This document shows positions 20,327 to 30,513 of a stretch of DNA of 64,000 nt, in pieces. The number at the start of each line of letters is the position of its first letter. Position 1 is the stretch's first letter. The DNA is from an uncultured Pelagibacteraceae bacterium. Its GTDB lineage: Bacteria > Pseudomonadota > Alphaproteobacteria > Pelagibacterales > Pelagibacteraceae. The stretch covers positions 73,052 through 137,051 of the forward strand of contig CACMAB010000001.1 of NCBI GenBank assembly GCA_902611635.1. The letters run 5' to 3'. Position numbers and translations under genes: made by a program. The notes beneath the pieces were generated by a model. It saw only the letters and a program-made list of their open reading frames with translations. It was not told the DNA's origin and searched no databases.

Positions 20327-21252
20327 AGTCTTGCACCAATTTGTTGAATCACTTTAGATGATAATTTAGTTGCTTGTTCTAAACACCCTTTAGTTGGTAG
20401 ATTATTTATAAAACCATGTAGATAACCAGCTGCAAAAAGATCTCCAGCGCCTGTTAAATCTTTAATTTCAAGATTTTTATTTGCTTTTATTTCAGTAATT
20501 TCGTCTCCAATAATTGAAATTGCACCTTTTTCTCCACGAGTAATTACAATGTGTTTTTTTGTTTCTTTAGCAAAAGTAATGACTTCATCGAAATTTTTAG
20601 TATTGATTAATGCCATTATTTCACTTTCATTCGCAAAAGTTAAATCTAATTTTTTTTTTACTAAGTATAAAAAATTTTGTTTGTGTCTTTCTACACAAAA
20701 AAGATCTGATAACGACATCGCAACCTTTTTGGCATTGTTAATTGCTTTTTCAAATGTTTTTTTTGGTTCCCCTTCATCCCACAAATAACCTTCTAAAAAA
20801 ATTAATTCACTTTTTTTTATAATTTTATCATCCACATCACGCTCATTAATTTTTCCTGCTATACCTAAAAAAGTGCACATTGTCCTTTCAGAGTCTGGTG
20901 TAACTAAAATCAAACAAGTGCCTGTTGGAAGATTTTCTTTACTTTTTGAGTAAAAATACTCAACATTTTCCTTTTTAAGTCCTTCCTCATACTTAGCCCC
21001 AAAAATATCGTCAGATATTTTTCCTATAAATCCAACATTGTTTTTGAGTTGAGATAAGCCAACTATTGAGTTAGCAACTGAACCTCCTGAAATAGTTTTT
21101 TCAATTTTTAAAGATCCTAAGAGACTTTTGAATTCTATTTCATCAAAAAATAACTTCATTGTACCTTTTGTGAGATTGTTTTCTTTAATAAAATTTTCCT
21201 CAACTTTACAAATTACATCAACTATTGCGTTTCCAATACCAAGGACTTTCAT
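20323..21252 (-). CDS. PfkB-family kinase (adenosine/inosine kinase-like)
   Basis: GNAIVD, GGSVANS, ERTMCTFLG, DLTGAGDLFAAG. Confidence 0.9.
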   Translation of the reverse strand: MKVLGIGNAIVDVICKVEENFIKENNLTKGTMKLFFDEIEFKSLLGSLKIEKTISGGSVANSIVGLSQLKNNVGFIGKISDDIFGAKYEEGLKKENVEYFYSKSKENLPTGTCLILVTPDSERTMCTFLGIAGKINERDVDDKIIKKSELIFLEGYLWDEGEPKKTFEKAINNAKKVAMSLSDLFCVERHKQNFLYLVKKKLDLTFANESEIMALINTKNFDEVITFAKETKKHIVITRGEKGAISIIGDEITEIKANKNLEIKDLTGAGDLFAAGYLHGFINNLPTKGCLEQATKLSSKVIQQIGARL

Positions 21253-21253
21253 A

Positions 21254-21907
21254 TTAAGGTTTTTTTGTTTTAATTGGTTTTTTTCTTTTAGGATAACAAG
21301 TGGTGCAAATTTTACAAGTTAGACCATAACACTCTCTTGCTTTACAATACTCTCGCCCATAATATATGATTTGAAGATGAAGTTTATTCCAACTTTTTTT
21401 AGGAAATAATCTTTTCAAATCCTCCTCAGTTTGAACAACGCTCTTTCCATTTGTTAAACCCCACCTTTGAGCCAATCTATGAATATGAGTATCGATTGGA
21501 AAAGCGGGATACCCAAAACCTTGAGACATCACAACACCAGCTGTTTTATGACCAACACCAGGAAGGTTCTCTAATTCTTCAAAGGTTTTAGGGACTTTAC
21601 CATCATGTTTTTCTATTATTATTTTCGACAGGTTGTAAATACTCTTTGCTTTAATTCTGAAAATACCAATTTTTTTAATTAATTTCTCAATTTTTTTTTT
21701 TCCAAGTTTAACAAAGTGTTGGGGTTTATAAAATTTTGGATATATATTTTTAGTTACATTATTTACATTTACGTCTGTGCATTGTGCTGAAAGTAGAACA
21801 GAAATTAAAAGGGTAAAAACATTTCTACTCTTCAATGGAACATATATTGAAGGATAAGTTTTATTTAAAATTTTAAAAACTATCTTAGCTCTTTGAATTT
21901 CATTCAT
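21254..21907 (-). CDS. nth: endonuclease III
   Basis: LLSAQCTD, HhH LPGVGHKTA, IDTHIHR, C-terminal Cys cluster. Confidence 0.95.
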   Translation of the reverse strand: MNEIQRAKIVFKILNKTYPSIYVPLKSRNVFTLLISVLLSAQCTDVNVNNVTKNIYPKFYKPQHFVKLGKKKIEKLIKKIGIFRIKAKSIYNLSKIIIEKHDGKVPKTFEELENLPGVGHKTAGVVMSQGFGYPAFPIDTHIHRLAQRWGLTNGKSVVQTEEDLKRLFPKKSWNKLHLQIIYYGREYCKARECYGLTCKICTTCYPKRKKPIKTKKP

Positions 21908-22683
21908 TATTTGAAATTCATTAAATCTCTCATTGAGTATAGACCAGGTTTTTTATTTATAAGCCATTTTGCTGCTGTCAACGCACCTTCAGAGTAAAGA
22001 GCTCTGTCAAAAGCCTCATGATTTAAAGTGATTATTTCTTTACCACTAGAAAATCTTACTTCGTGTTCTCCAATAATTTGACCTTTTCTTATAGAATTAA
22101 AATTTATTTTTTTACTATAAGGAAAAGTTTTCTTGTTTAAATATTTTTTTCCAAATAATGAGTAAAAATTCTTTTTTTTTCCAGCCGCTATTCCTTTACC
22201 TAGCATCAGTGCAGTACCTGAAGGATAATCTTTTTTATACTTGTGATGAGTTTCAAAAACTTTACTTAAAAAGTTTTTACCTAATGCATTTGATGTAACT
22301 TCAGTCAAATATACCAAAAGATTAATGCCTAAGCTCATGTTACCTGCTTTTAGAATTGGTATTTTTTTTGAGTACTTTTTAATAAGATTTTCTTGTCGTC
22401 TATTAAAGCCAGTAGTGCCAATCACAACTTTCTTTTTTAGTTTGGTCGCTATTTTTAGTATTTCAAGCGTACAACTGGGTATAGTGAAATCTATAATCAC
22501 CTCAGTTTTTTTAAAGGCTTTATCAGAGTTTAATACAGGTTTAATTCCATAAAATCTATTATTTACTAATCTATTTTCGGTAAGAGTAACTAATTTAAAA
22601 TTAATATCTTTTCTAGATGATTTTATGATTTGCTGACCCATCCTCCCCATACAGCCTGTAATTCCCAAATTAATTTTTCTCAT
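21907..22683 (-). CDS. dapB: 4-hydroxy-tetrahydrodipicolinate reductase
   Basis: GCMGRMG, IDFT, IGTTG, NMSLG, ETHHKYKKDYPSGTA. Confidence 0.96.
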   Translation of the reverse strand: MRKINLGITGCMGRMGQQIIKSSRKDINFKLVTLTENRLVNNRFYGIKPVLNSDKAFKKTEVIIDFTIPSCTLEILKIATKLKKKVVIGTTGFNRRQENLIKKYSKKIPILKAGNMSLGINLLVYLTEVTSNALGKNFLSKVFETHHKYKKDYPSGTALMLGKGIAAGKKKNFYSLFGKKYLNKKTFPYSKKINFNSIRKGQIIGEHEVRFSSGKEIITLNHEAFDRALYSEGALTAAKWLINKKPGLYSMRDLMNFK

Positions 22684-22694
22684 AATTTCTTATT

Positions 22695-23849
22695 TCACTT
22701 ACTTAATTTCTTTTCAAACTCTTTTTTTAATTTTTTTACTACATTTTCCCACGAAAAGTTTTCGTGGACTAGTTTACTTCTTGTCTCTTTTTTATTATCA
22801 GATTTATTTATAATTGAATTTAGAATTTCAATTAATGAATCTATTTTTGGACTGAGCAAAATATTATTATTAAGAATTTTTTCTTTACTTTCAATTTTAA
22901 AACCCATGCAATCATTAAAATAATCATCGGTTGAACCTCCATTGGTAACTACTATTTGTGTGCCGCATGCAGCTGCTTCGAGTGGAGTTAAATTAAATCC
23001 TTCAGCTTTGTATGGAGACACATAACAATCAGTTATTGAATAAATATTTCGTAATTGATCAAAATTTAAATTTTCTGAAATAATAATTATATCTTTATAC
23101 ATTTTATCATTAAAAATTTTGTTTTTTCTGTTAAATTCTGACTCAAATACTTTCTTCATTGGAAAGTCTGCCTTCCATTCATACAAATTACTTTGATCTT
23201 TTAAAATAAGTTTGAGATTATCATATTTTTTTTTTAGCATTCCATATGCTGCAATTAAAACTTCTACACCCTTATTAACTGTCATTGCACTAATATTTGT
23301 TAAAACAAAATCATCAGACTTAACTTTATATTCATTTCTAATTTTTTTTTTTTCTTCTTCAGAAATCAAATATAAAGTGTTTACATCTACGCCGTGAGGC
23401 ACAACGACGACTTGATCTTCTTTAAAACCAGCAGATAAGAAACCTTTCTTAGACCAGTTAGATGGAGTGTGTATAAAGAAATTTTCTTTTTTTCCAAGTT
23501 TATCTGGATCACAATTTATATAAAACTCTTCAGTCAGATTTCTGTACTCGGTGGTAGCAAACACAAAAAGTGCTTTGGAGTTAAACTTTTGGTCAAAATT
23601 AAATGGTGCTGAAATTCTATAAGTTATATCGTAATCAACATTTATTGATGGAGCTTGAATTTTTCTTATTGTATCTTTGATTTCATCTTTTAAACCACTA
23701 TCATTTTTTTTTGCATTCCAATTTTTATTAGGAAAAGGGATATCCCGAAAAAAAATATTTGATGATTTAACTAGTTCATTGATTTGCCACTGATTAACAA
23801 GAGCATATGAGTGGTTTATATTTCGCCAGCCCTCAATTAGAATATTCAT
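22695..23849 (-). CDS. glycosyltransferase, GT4/GT-B fold
   Basis: VVPHGVD, NKGVEVL, YVSPYKAEGFNLTPLEAAACG (E-x7-E motif), FSWE. Confidence 0.85.
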   Translation of the reverse strand: MNILIEGWRNINHSYALVNQWQINELVKSSNIFFRDIPFPNKNWNAKKNDSGLKDEIKDTIRKIQAPSINVDYDITYRISAPFNFDQKFNSKALFVFATTEYRNLTEEFYINCDPDKLGKKENFFIHTPSNWSKKGFLSAGFKEDQVVVVPHGVDVNTLYLISEEEKKKIRNEYKVKSDDFVLTNISAMTVNKGVEVLIAAYGMLKKKYDNLKLILKDQSNLYEWKADFPMKKVFESEFNRKNKIFNDKMYKDIIIISENLNFDQLRNIYSITDCYVSPYKAEGFNLTPLEAAACGTQIVVTNGGSTDDYFNDCMGFKIESKEKILNNNILLSPKIDSLIEILNSIINKSDNKKETRSKLVHENFSWENVVKKLKKEFEKKLSK

Positions 23850-23870
23850 TTAATAATTTAATATTTTTTT

Positions 23871-24038
23871 TTAGAATATAAAAATAGAAATTATCACAAT
23901 GAAAATGACAATTATAGACCAAATGAATAGATTTTTGATAAATCTTTTTGATTTTGAGTTAGATCTTAAAAATTCAGGTAGTACTAGAATTAGAACTGCT
24001 ATTAAAAAAATTGCCGGAATGATTTCTTCCAATCCCAT
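23871..24038 (-). CDS. small two-helix membrane protein, 55 aa (not in ORF track)
   Basis: Manual translation MGLEEIIPAIFLIAVLILVLPEFLRSNSKSKRFIKNLFIWSIIVIFIVIISIFIF; ATG 3 bp after the dnaJ stop. Confidence 0.7.
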   Translation of the reverse strand: MGLEEIIPAIFLIAVLILVLPEFLRSNSKSKRFIKNLFIWSIIVIFIVIISIFIF

Positions 24039-24041
24039 TCT

Positions 24042-25175
24042 CTAACTATTCCAAAAACTTTTAGCTTTTTGAAAAAATTTTTTTATACTTGGGTTTGATT
24101 TTTCATTTTCTATTTTTCTAAATCGCTCTAATAATTCTTTTTGCTCTCTATTTAAAAATACTGGTACTTCAGTTTTAACTTGAACATATAAGTCCCCAAA
24201 ATCACCTCTTCGCATGAATGGCATACCTTTACCTTTTAATCTAAATTGCTTACCATCTTGAGTTCCGTCTGGAATTTTTATTTTTGCCTTTTTTCCATCA
24301 ATTGTAGGGATTTCTATTGTTGTACCTAATGCAGCATCGGCTATTGAAATTGGAAATTCAAAAAATAAATTTACATCAGATCTTTTAAATAACTCATGAG
24401 ATTTAACATTTATAAATAAATATAAATCTCCACTAGTACCTCCTCTTGTCCCAGCCTCACCTTTGCCAGCAAGTCTTATTCTTGTGCCATCATCAACACC
24501 TTTGGGAATTGTTACAGATACTTTTTTGTTTGTTTGTTTATTACCTTGTCCGTTACAATCTCCACATGGATTGGTTATTTCTTCACCACTCCCAGCACAT
24601 TGTGGACAAGTTTGTTGAACTGTAAAAAAGCCTTGATTAGATCTAACTCTTCCGTTTCCTCCACAATAGGTACATCTATCTGGGCTAGAGCCTGGTTTGG
24701 AACCATTTCCTTTACAGGTATTACATTTTTCAGATGTAGAAAATTGGATATTTTGTTTTTTACCAGTATATGCCTCCTCTAGTGTAATTGATAAATCATA
24801 TCTTAGATCTGAACCTCTATTATTTGAGCTTCTTCTTGAACTTCTTCTGCCACCACCAAAGTCTCCAAAAAAATCTTCAAAAATGTCAGAGAAATCTGCC
24901 CCACTAAAACCTCCAAAACCTCCAAAACCTCCTCTACCACCGCCACTATTTTCAAATGCAGCGTGTCCAAAGTTATCGTAATTTTCTTTTTTTGACTTAT
25001 CAGAGAGCACACCATAAGCCTCACTGGCCTCTTTAAATTTATCTTCCGCAGATTTATCCCCAGGATTTTTGTCAGGGTGATATTTAACGGCTAATTTTCT
25101 GTAGGCTGATTTTAGATCGTCAGGGCTTGCGCTTTTACTCACTCCTAAGACATCATAATAATCTCTTTTAGCCAT
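24042..25175 (-). CDS. dnaJ: chaperone DnaJ
   Basis: J-domain HPD, G/F-rich linker, four CxxCxGxG repeats. Confidence 0.99.
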   Translation of the reverse strand: MAKRDYYDVLGVSKSASPDDLKSAYRKLAVKYHPDKNPGDKSAEDKFKEASEAYGVLSDKSKKENYDNFGHAAFENSGGGRGGFGGFGGFSGADFSDIFEDFFGDFGGGRRSSRRSSNNRGSDLRYDLSITLEEAYTGKKQNIQFSTSEKCNTCKGNGSKPGSSPDRCTYCGGNGRVRSNQGFFTVQQTCPQCAGSGEEITNPCGDCNGQGNKQTNKKVSVTIPKGVDDGTRIRLAGKGEAGTRGGTSGDLYLFINVKSHELFKRSDVNLFFEFPISIADAALGTTIEIPTIDGKKAKIKIPDGTQDGKQFRLKGKGMPFMRRGDFGDLYVQVKTEVPVFLNREQKELLERFRKIENEKSNPSIKKFFQKAKSFWNS

Positions 25176-25203
25176 GTATATAACCTGGACAAATAGATGT
25201 CAG

Positions 25204-27129
25204 TTAAGCGCTTTTTTCTTTATTCTCTTCTTTTACTTCCTCAAAGTCCGCATCAACAACATTATCGTCTTTCTTTCCCTTTTCATCTTTGCCATCATCT
25301 TTACCAGAGTCTGGTTTTGTACTTTGTTGTGACTTGTAAATAGCTTCACCTAGTTTCATTGAAGCTTGTACTAATGCCTCTGTTTTTTTCTTAATGTCTT
25401 CAATATCTTCACCTTTAAGAGCTTCCTTTAATGCATTAGATCCATCTTCAATAGCTTTTTTCTCAGCATCTGAAACCTTAGATCCATGTTCTTTTAGATT
25501 TTTTTCGGTTGAATGAATTAAAGTATCTGCTTGGTTTCTAACATCCACAGACTCTCTTTTTTTCTTGTCTGCTTCTTTGTTGGCTTCAGCATCTTTAACC
25601 ATTTTTTCAATCTCCTCATCACTTAATCCACCAGAAGCTTGAATTTGAATCTTTTGTTCTTTACCCGTACCTTTGTCTTTAGCTGATACATTAACTATTC
25701 CATTAGCATCTATATCAAAAGTTACCTCAATTTGAGGAACTCCTCTTGGTGCTGGAGCAATACCAACTAGTTCAAAATTACCAAGTAATTTATTATCTGT
25801 TGCCATCTCTCTTTCACCCTGAAGAACACGTATCGAGACGGCTGGCTGATTATCTTCAGCAGTAGAAAATACTTGGCTTTTTTTTGTAGGTATCGTTGTA
25901 TTTTTTTCAATAAGTTTGGTAGAAACACCCCCTAGAGTCTCAATTCCTAAAGATAGTGGTGTTACATCTAATAAAAGAACATCTTTTACATCACCTTGTA
26001 AAACACCAGCTTGTATTGCTGCACCCATTGCAACCACTTCATCTGGATTAACACTTTTGTTTGGCTCTTTACCAAAGAAATTTTTTACTTCAGAAATGAC
26101 TTTTGGCATTCTAGTCATACCTCCGACCATTACCACTTCATCAACATCGCTAGCTGAAATTCCAGCATCTTTCAAAGCAGTTTTACATGGTGGAATAGTT
26201 TTAGCTATTAAGTCCTCAACTAAAGCTTCTAACTTGGCTCTAGTCATTTTTAAATTAATATGTTTAGGACCAGTTTTGTCAGCAGTTATAAATGGTAAAT
26301 TAATATCTGTTTGCTCAGCTGCTGAAAGTTCAATTTTTGCTTTTTCAGCTGCCTCTTTCAATCTTTGTAATGCCAACTTATCAGTTTTTAAATCAATACC
26401 GCTATCTTTTTTGAACTCAGAAATTAAATATTCCACAACAGCGTTGTCAAAATCTTCTCCACCTAAAAAAGTATCACCATTGGTAGATTTTACTTCAAAA
26501 ACTCCATCACCTAATTCAAGAATAGATACATCAAAAGTTCCACCACCTAAATCGTAAACTGCAATTTTTTTATTTTGCTTTTTATCCAAACCATAAGCTA
26601 GTGAAGCTGCAGTTGGTTCATTGATAATTCTTAAAACTTCTAACCCAGCTATTTTTCCAGCATCCTTGGTAGCTTGTCTTTGTGCATCATTAAAATATGC
26701 AGGAACAGTTATTACAGCTTTTGTAACAGCTTGACCTAAATATTTTTCAGCAGTCTCTTTCATTTTTTGGAGAATAAAAGCAGAAATTTGTGAAGGCGAA
26801 TATTTCTCTCCTTTCGCTTCAATCCATGCGTCACCTTTTTCAGAATTTACAATCTTAAAAGGTGCAGCCTCGATATCTTTTTTAACAGTTGGGTCTTCAA
26901 AATTTCTACCAATTAATCTTTTGACTGCAAAAATTGTATTCTCTGGATTTGTTACTGCTTGTCTTTTAGCAGGTTGTCCTATTAATTTTTCTTTTTCTTC
27001 AGTAAAAGCAACTACTGAAGGTGTAGTTCTTGCACCCTCTGCATTTTCCAAAACTTTTGCCTGGCTCCCTTCCATAATAGCCACACAAGAGTTTGTTGTT
27101 CCTAAATCTATTCCAATTATTTTGCTCAT
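25204..27129 (-). CDS. dnaK: chaperone DnaK
   Basis: [26 protein letters not shown]. Confidence 0.99.
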   Translation of the reverse strand: MSKIIGIDLGTTNSCVAIMEGSQAKVLENAEGARTTPSVVAFTEEKEKLIGQPAKRQAVTNPENTIFAVKRLIGRNFEDPTVKKDIEAAPFKIVNSEKGDAWIEAKGEKYSPSQISAFILQKMKETAEKYLGQAVTKAVITVPAYFNDAQRQATKDAGKIAGLEVLRIINEPTAASLAYGLDKKQNKKIAVYDLGGGTFDVSILELGDGVFEVKSTNGDTFLGGEDFDNAVVEYLISEFKKDSGIDLKTDKLALQRLKEAAEKAKIELSAAEQTDINLPFITADKTGPKHINLKMTRAKLEALVEDLIAKTIPPCKTALKDAGISASDVDEVVMVGGMTRMPKVISEVKNFFGKEPNKSVNPDEVVAMGAAIQAGVLQGDVKDVLLLDVTPLSLGIETLGGVSTKLIEKNTTIPTKKSQVFSTAEDNQPAVSIRVLQGEREMATDNKLLGNFELVGIAPAPRGVPQIEVTFDIDANGIVNVSAKDKGTGKEQKIQIQASGGLSDEEIEKMVKDAEANKEADKKKRESVDVRNQADTLIHSTEKNLKEHGSKVSDAEKKAIEDGSNALKEALKGEDIEDIKKKTEALVQASMKLGEAIYKSQQSTKPDSGKDDGKDEKGKKDDNVVDADFEEVKEENKEKSA

Positions 27130-27146
27130 ATCAGTTATTTGTACTC

Positions 27147-27177
27147 CTCATATAGGGTTGAAATTGAATTCTACAAG
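27147..27177 (-). promoter_or_regulatory. sigma32 (RpoH)-type promoter of dnaK
   Basis: Minus strand CTTG-N17-CCTATATGAG matches the alphaproteobacterial RpoH consensus CTTG-N17/18-CYTATNTNNG. Confidence 0.8.
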
Positions 27178-27189
27178 TTCATTTAAATA

Positions 27190-27840
27190 TTATTTATCTC
27201 CTGAATTTTCTTTATTTTCCTCATTTTTTTCCTCTTTTTTTTCACTTTTTTTTGCTACGCCCACTAGAGCCGGTCTCAACAATCTATCTTTAATTGTGAA
27301 TCCTTTTTGTATTTCTTGAACAATTGTTCCGGGTTCTTTTTGATAATCTTCTATTTCAATCATTGCTTGGTGAAAGTTTGGATCTAATTTTTTATTGAGG
27401 CATTCAATAGGTTTGATTTTATTTTTTGAAAAAATTGAAATCAAATCTTTATTGATAATATCAAAATGTTCGAGTGTTTTTTTTAATGCTTCAGTATCCT
27501 TTAAAGTTTCATCGTTTGATAAAATTTGTTTTGATCTTTCAAGATTATCTATTAAATTTAAAGCTTCTCTTGCAAAAGAAAACCCTCCATATTCAAAAGC
27601 ATCTTCTTTTTCTTTTTCAAACCTTCTTCTTTGGTTTTCCATTTCAGCAAATGACCTTGCAAGCTTATCTTCTAACTCTAAAATTTTCTCTTCTGGTGTT
27701 TTTTCTTGCTCTTGATCCTGTTTTTGGTCTTGTTCTTTATTATTTGTTTCTAAATTTTCATTTTTAGGATCTTGATTTAAACCTTTTTGATTTTTCTCTG
27801 ATGCTTTGTCTCTATTATCTTGGTTTTGATCTTTTTTCAT
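27190..27840 (-). CDS. grpE: nucleotide exchange factor GrpE
   Basis: AEMENQRRR, DPNFHQA, QKGF...RLLRPALV. Confidence 0.97.
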   Translation of the reverse strand: MKKDQNQDNRDKASEKNQKGLNQDPKNENLETNNKEQDQKQDQEQEKTPEEKILELEDKLARSFAEMENQRRRFEKEKEDAFEYGGFSFAREALNLIDNLERSKQILSNDETLKDTEALKKTLEHFDIINKDLISIFSKNKIKPIECLNKKLDPNFHQAMIEIEDYQKEPGTIVQEIQKGFTIKDRLLRPALVGVAKKSEKKEEKNEENKENSGDK

Positions 27841-27848
27841 ATGGACAT

Positions 27849-27876
27849 ATATGGTAAGAAAAAATTAAATTTCTAG
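27849..27876 (-). promoter_or_regulatory. probable sigma32-type promoter of grpE
   Basis: Minus strand CTAGAA...CCATAT in the 36-bp gap between divergent grpE and rdgB. Confidence 0.5.
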
Positions 27877-28479
27877 ATGCTAAAAAAAAAAATTAAACAA
27901 CTCCTTATAGGTACAAATAACAAAGGAAAATTAAAGGAAATTAGAGATTTATTACCAGCTAATATTAAAACATTTCCTACCTCAAAGTTTAATTTAAAGA
28001 GCCCAAGAGAAACAGGAAAGACTTTTAAAGAAAATTCTCTGATTAAATCTCAATACTTTTCAAAAAAAACAAATCTAATCTGTTTAGCTGATGATTCTGG
28101 TTTAGAAATTGACATTTTAAATAAAAAACCAGGAATTTTTTCAGCACGATGGGCTGGAAAAAAATTAAATTTTAATAAGGCAATTCAAAAAGTTTATAAG
28201 GCATTAGATAAAAAAGATGAAAATTGGAGAAATAAAAAAATTAACGCCAGGTTTGTTTGTGCCTTGTCCATAAGTGATTTAAATAAAAAAATAGCTTGTG
28301 TTGTTGGAAAAGTTGAAGGGTATATTTCCAAAAAACCTAAGGGTAAAAATGGGTTTGGATACGATCCAATATTTATTCCTAAAAATAAAATAAAAACTTT
28401 TGGCGAGATGAAACCATTTCAAAAATATAAATTAGATCACAGATCTGATGCTTTCAAAAAGCTTAGAAAATTTCTTTAA
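27877..28479 (+). CDS. rdgB: dITP/XTP pyrophosphatase (RdgB/HAM1)
   Basis: TNNKGK, ADDSGL, PGIFSAR, GFGYDPIF, HR. Confidence 0.96.
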   Translation: MLKKKIKQLLIGTNNKGKLKEIRDLLPANIKTFPTSKFNLKSPRETGKTFKENSLIKSQYFSKKTNLICLADDSGLEIDILNKKPGIFSARWAGKKLNFNKAIQKVYKALDKKDENWRNKKINARFVCALSISDLNKKIACVVGKVEGYISKKPKGKNGFGYDPIFIPKNKIKTFGEMKPFQKYKLDHRSDAFKKLRKFL

Positions 28480-29617
28480 TCTCTCCCCCATCAATTTTGT
28501 AAAAGTTTAATCTATGATTTATTTTGTTATTTTTAACATCAAAAATACCAATCTTCCCTTTGAATGAATTTTCTTTTTTAAAAATATTGTTTATATCTGA
28601 AAAATCAGATTTTAAAGATAAATAATAAATCAATCCTAAGAGATCATAACTTAATAAGCTTAAATGATTTGGTTTTGAATTGTATTTATCTACGAATTTT
28701 TTATTAAATGTCTCTAGATTTTGTTTATTGATTGATGGATAATATAAAGGCTGGATATTTTCCTCTAAAAGTAAACTCTCATCAAACCATTGATTAAGAG
28801 TTATAAATAATTTATTTCTTGGTGATACATCAGTGTAAATAAGTGAAGTAATTACACTTTTAAGATTTTCATCAAAATCAGAAATAATAACTGAGTCAAA
28901 ATTTACATTTCCAATTGTATATCGTTTTTCCAATTTCTTAATTTGTTCCTCCTTATCAACTAAATCTGAGTTCTCAACTCTTAAAATTTCATCAGCAAGA
29001 TTTTGTTTTCTCACGTCATAATTTGTTATTTTTTCGATTTGCTTTGTAAGTTTAGTTGGTTCGGTTTCATAAGTGTATTGTTTAAAAATTTTGATTTTCG
29101 ATTGTTTAATTGCCTTTTTAATTTCATTTTTATAATCAAGGTCAGGTGTTAAAAAAATTGTTTTTTTTACTTCGCTTAATTCCAAAAAATCTTTAATTAC
29201 ATTTAACTGGGATAAAGAATTTACTCCGCTGCTTATCACATTTTTCGGTAAATCATTTGTTTTATTTGTTAAAGATAGAAAAATAACATCTTGTACTTCA
29301 TCCAAATACATTAAGCTTTTAAAAAAAATTGGACCGATAAAAATTTTTATTCCTTCATTTTTTAACTTAGTAGCTGATTTTAGAGTTTGATTAGGATCTA
29401 TACCTGTGTCCATTGGATAAATTTCAATATTGTCTGTTCCAATATCACTCAAAGCCATTCGGGTTGATTTAATTATTGATTGTCCTAATTCTTTATATTC
29501 ACCAGATAAAGGTGCAAGGAGCCCAATTTTAATTTTTTCATTTTGTGAAAATACAATGGAGTGATTTGTTAAATAGATAATTATTAATGTAAAAATAATT
29601 CTAAAAATTTTTTTCAT
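28463..29617 (-). CDS. periplasmic binding-fold protein, LpoA/penicillin-binding-protein-activator-like
   Basis: Signal peptide, KIGLLAPLSG, FIGPIF; divergent from rsmI as lpoA-type genes usually are. Confidence 0.7.
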   Translation of the reverse strand: MKKIFRIIFTLIIIYLTNHSIVFSQNEKIKIGLLAPLSGEYKELGQSIIKSTRMALSDIGTDNIEIYPMDTGIDPNQTLKSATKLKNEGIKIFIGPIFFKSLMYLDEVQDVIFLSLTNKTNDLPKNVISSGVNSLSQLNVIKDFLELSEVKKTIFLTPDLDYKNEIKKAIKQSKIKIFKQYTYETEPTKLTKQIEKITNYDVRKQNLADEILRVENSDLVDKEEQIKKLEKRYTIGNVNFDSVIISDFDENLKSVITSLIYTDVSPRNKLFITLNQWFDESLLLEENIQPLYYPSINKQNLETFNKKFVDKYNSKPNHLSLLSYDLLGLIYYLSLKSDFSDINNIFKKENSFKGKIGIFDVKNNKINHRLNFYKIDGGEIKEIF

Positions 29618-29649
29618 TTTAATGATACTATAATATTTTAATTATAAAT

Positions 29650-30513
29650 ATGATTGAAAATTTAAAATCTGCTAATAGAATGTTCAAAAAAAGTCTATAT
29701 TTAGTCTCAACTCCAATTGGAAATTTAAACGACATAAGTCTTAGAGCCATAGAAACTCTTAAAAGGTCAGATTATATTTTGTGTGAAGATACTAGAATCT
29801 CTAAAAATTTATTAGAAAAATACCAAATCAAATCAAATTTAATTGCCAATCATAAATTCAATGAGAAAAGAAATGTTTTTAAAATTATAAAGTTAATTAA
29901 TCAAGGATCACTTATTTCTTTAATTTCAGATGCTGGCACCCCAGGTATTTCTGATCCAGGTTCTATATTAGTTAATGAGTGTATAAAGAATAATATCAAT
30001 ATTATTCCTATACCCGGTGCTTCAGCGGTCATATCAGCATTATCAATATCAGGATTTTCAGAGAAGTTTTTCTTTTATGGATTTTTTCCTGAAAAGGATA
30101 AAATTTTAAAAGAGGATTTGGAAAATTTATCAAAATTAAATAGTTCAATCGTTTTTTTTATTTCGCCAAAGAAAATTAATAAGAATATTCCTCTAATTAA
30201 AAAAAATTTTATAGGAAGAAAAATCCTAATTTGTAGAGAAATGACAAAGTTTTATGAGGAGTATAAGAGATCTAAAGTTGAGGATTTAGAACCATTAAAG
30301 AGTAATTTAAAAGGTGAACTGACTATTGTTATTTCAGAAAAAATTCATGACAAAAAAGCTTCACAAACTTTAGATGAATCAGATAAAAGATTGATTAAAG
30401 CGATGATAAATAAACTAAGCATAAAAGAAATAACAGATTTAATAATTCGTAAAAATGATATTTCAAAAAAAATTATCTATGATTATTGTTTGAAAATTAA
30501 AGATGAAAAATAA
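29650..30513 (+). CDS. rsmI: 16S rRNA C1402 2'-O-methyltransferase RsmI
   Basis: STPIGNL, CEDTR, SDAGTPGISDPG, REMTKFYEE. Confidence 0.96.
   Translation: MIENLKSANRMFKKSLYLVSTPIGNLNDISLRAIETLKRSDYILCEDTRISKNLLEKYQIKSNLIANHKFNEKRNVFKIIKLINQGSLISLISDAGTPGISDPGSILVNECIKNNINIIPIPGASAVISALSISGFSEKFFFYGFFPEKDKILKEDLENLSKLNSSIVFFISPKKINKNIPLIKKNFIGRKILICREMTKFYEEYKRSKVEDLEPLKSNLKGELTIVISEKIHDKKASQTLDESDKRLIKAMINKLSIKEITDLIIRKNDISKKIIYDYCLKIKDEK

Noticed and set aside
23342-23353. 12-nt homopolymer in the GT4 gene as a phase-variation switch
   Set aside because: Runs of 11-12 A/T also occur in lnt, nth, rdgB and murJ; expected in this AT-rich genome, and the frame is intact
24900-24945. Repeated CCTCCAAAA units in dnaJ
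   Set aside because: Encodes the normal G/F-rich linker
25916-26557. 213-aa ORF antisense to dnaK (and 26921-27319)
   Set aside because: Long antisense frames opposite hsp70 genes are a well-known codon-pattern artefact; no motifs or RBS
27700-27840. Low-complexity repeats at the grpE 5' end
   Set aside because: Ordinary disordered Q/D/E/K-rich GrpE N-terminus
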